Of a stretch of DNA of 58,873 nt, positions 57,888 to 58,873 are shown piece after piece. Source of the stretch: a virus; IMG/VR virus record IMGVR_UViG_3300023181_000006, positions 1 to 58,873 of that record. The stretch is one strand, 5' to 3'. Position 1 is the first letter of the stretch. Each line of letters begins with the position of its first letter. A model generated the notes under the pieces. The model searched no databases and had not been told where the DNA came from. It saw only the letters and a list, made by a program, of their open reading frames with translations. The position numbers and the translations under genes are program-made.

Positions 57888-58276
57888 AGCGATCGGCGCC
57901 AATGACCAGGACCGCGTTCGTGTCGAAGCCGGCCGCCAGCGGCAAGCCGGCGCCTCGTTCGAAGCTCAAGTCCAAAGGGCCGAAGATGACGCCGATTCGG
58001 AAAAGCGCGAAGGGCGAAGAATGCACGCTTCGCTTCCCTTGCTGCAATGGACGTACTGACACGACTGTCTGGTGTCACTCCAACCACTCGGTCGATGGTA
58101 AGGGCGCCGGCCTGAAGGCGCGCGATGTCGAGGGCGCTTATGGATGCTTTGCCTGCCACACGTTCCTCGATGGCGGATACGCCGGCCACATGCCGCGCTC
58201 TCTGGTCGACAAGTACTTCGACCTGGCACGCACAGAGAGCCAAGCAATTTTAAAACGAAAAGGACTGATGGAATGA
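57884..58276 (+). CDS. DUF1364 / YbcO-like protein (putative nuclease)
   Basis: 130 aa from ATG 57884 (ATGA overlap). RKSAKGEECTLRFPCCNGRTDTTVWCH...YGCFACHTFLDG resembles E. coli prophage YbcO. Confidence 0.6.
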   Translation: MKRSAPMTRTAFVSKPAASGKPAPRSKLKSKGPKMTPIRKSAKGEECTLRFPCCNGRTDTTVWCHSNHSVDGKGAGLKARDVEGAYGCFACHTFLDGGYAGHMPRSLVDKYFDLARTESQAILKRKGLME

Positions 58277-58749
58277 AAATTCTTGCAATCGACCCTGGCA
58301 CAACGAAATCCGGCTGGTGCCTACTTGATGACGGCCGACCTATCGCGTTCGGCGTGCTGGACAACCTCGCCATGATGGACGAAATCCGCAGCACCTACGA
58401 GGCCGACGTGATGGCCGTCGAAATGATCGCCAGCTACGGTATGGCGGTTGGGCGAGAGGTGTTCGAAACATGTGTCTGGATCGGCCGCTTCCTGCAATCA
58501 TGGCGCGACCCTGACGCCGTGTTGCTGGTCTATCGCAAGGACGTGAAAATACACCTGTGTGGAACCACCAAGGCCAAGGATGCCAATATTCGCCAGGCGC
58601 TGCTTGACAGCTATCCGGCAACCGGAGGTGGCGCTACCCCTCAGGTAGGTACTAAATCGCAGCCTGGGCCGCTCTACGGCGTCTCGTCGCATGTTTGGCC
58701 GGCGCTCGCTGTCGCTGTAACTATTCACGCTAAGGAGCAACTGAAATGA
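58273..58749 (+). CDS. RuvC-like Holliday junction resolvase
   Basis: 158 aa from ATG 58273 (ATGA overlap). The N-terminus MKILAIDPGTTKSGW is typical of the RuvC fold. Confidence 0.75.
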   Translation: MKILAIDPGTTKSGWCLLDDGRPIAFGVLDNLAMMDEIRSTYEADVMAVEMIASYGMAVGREVFETCVWIGRFLQSWRDPDAVLLVYRKDVKIHLCGTTKAKDANIRQALLDSYPATGGGATPQVGTKSQPGPLYGVSSHVWPALAVAVTIHAKEQLK

Positions 58750-58873
58750 ACGAAGCCAAATACCTAGCAGCCAAGCGCCTAAACGAGCTTGAGAACGCGC
58801 TCAACCAGATCAACGAGAACATAGACAAGGCCGAAGCTGCGCTTACTGAGTGCCGCCATGTTCAGGCTATGAC
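58746..58873 (+). CDS. 5' part of the junction-spanning 62-aa ORF (continues at base 115)
   Basis: ATG 58746 has an ATGA overlap with the RuvC-like stop. The frame runs off the window end inside the terminal repeat. Confidence 0.6.
   Translation, partial: MNEAKYLAAKRLNELENALNQINENIDKAEAALTECRHVQAM
58760..58873. repeat. Second copy of the 114-bp terminal repeat (identical to 1..114)
   Basis: Direct comparison of both ends. Confidence 0.95.

Noticed and set aside
1-58873. Search for an integrase, CI-type repressor, CRISPR array, tRNA/rRNA genes, toxin-antitoxin-like tandem repeats, or a reverse transcriptase
   Set aside because: None of the translations showed tyrosine/serine recombinase, RT (YxDD) or Cas motifs. 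No regularly spaced direct repeats were seen. Absence by eye is not proof, so tRNAscan and CRISPR finders should be run.

Overview
The window is a complete, closed genome of a tailed dsDNA phage. Bases 1..114 repeat exactly at 58760..58873, giving a unit length of 58759 bp, and an ORF reads through the junction. It looks moderately GC-rich by eye, with several clearly AT-richer inserts. Genes are tightly packed, and many neighbours are coupled by ATGA, GTGA or TAATG start/stop overlaps.

Transcription units as I read them:
1. A rightward early/middle operon runs from 55500 across the junction to 10568 on the + strand. It carries HTH proteins, a C5-cytosine MTase, a DUF1364-like protein, a RuvC-like resolvase, a DPPY MTase, a Rha/KilAC antirepressor, a NinX-like protein and many small ORFs.
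2. A leftward early operon runs from 55336 down to 46548 on the - strand. It carries DUF551-like and Ea22-like proteins, a Sak4-like ATPase, an SSB and an HNH gene.
3. A small + strand island (45047..46458) has its own promoter and a bidirectional terminator.
4. An autonomous 4-gene - strand unit (44848 down to 41777) encodes an SGNH esterase spike-like protein and a signal-peptide protein with fibre-type repeats.
5. A long late - strand operon runs from 41672 down to 10699. In order it carries small proteins, an HslV-like Ntn hydrolase, an HTH plus nuclease-like pair, TerS, TerL, portal, scaffold and major capsid protein. These are followed by decoration-like proteins, a pectate-lyase-type tailspike, tail proteins, ejection proteins, a 2000-aa HExxH giant and the lysis cassette.

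I saw no integrase, CI-type repressor, DNA polymerase, tRNA, rRNA or CRISPR array.

All functional calls rest on motifs, size and synteny read from the translations. No database search was possible. Family names are my recollection and need HMM confirmation.

Most interesting items:
- a roughly 420-nt ORF-free, highly structured stretch in the early-left operon
- the + strand island with a putative Fe(II)/2OG-dioxygenase-like gene, in a phage that also carries two MTases
- a long +1-frame ORF nested in the C5-MTase that itself carries MTase-type motifs
- a recurrent GLLNP motif in four adjacent virion proteins
- an HslV-like Ntn hydrolase in the late operon
- an exported protein with tail-fibre repeats
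- an out-of-frame membrane ORF embedded in the lysis cassette
- an opposite-strand, possibly leaderless membrane moron
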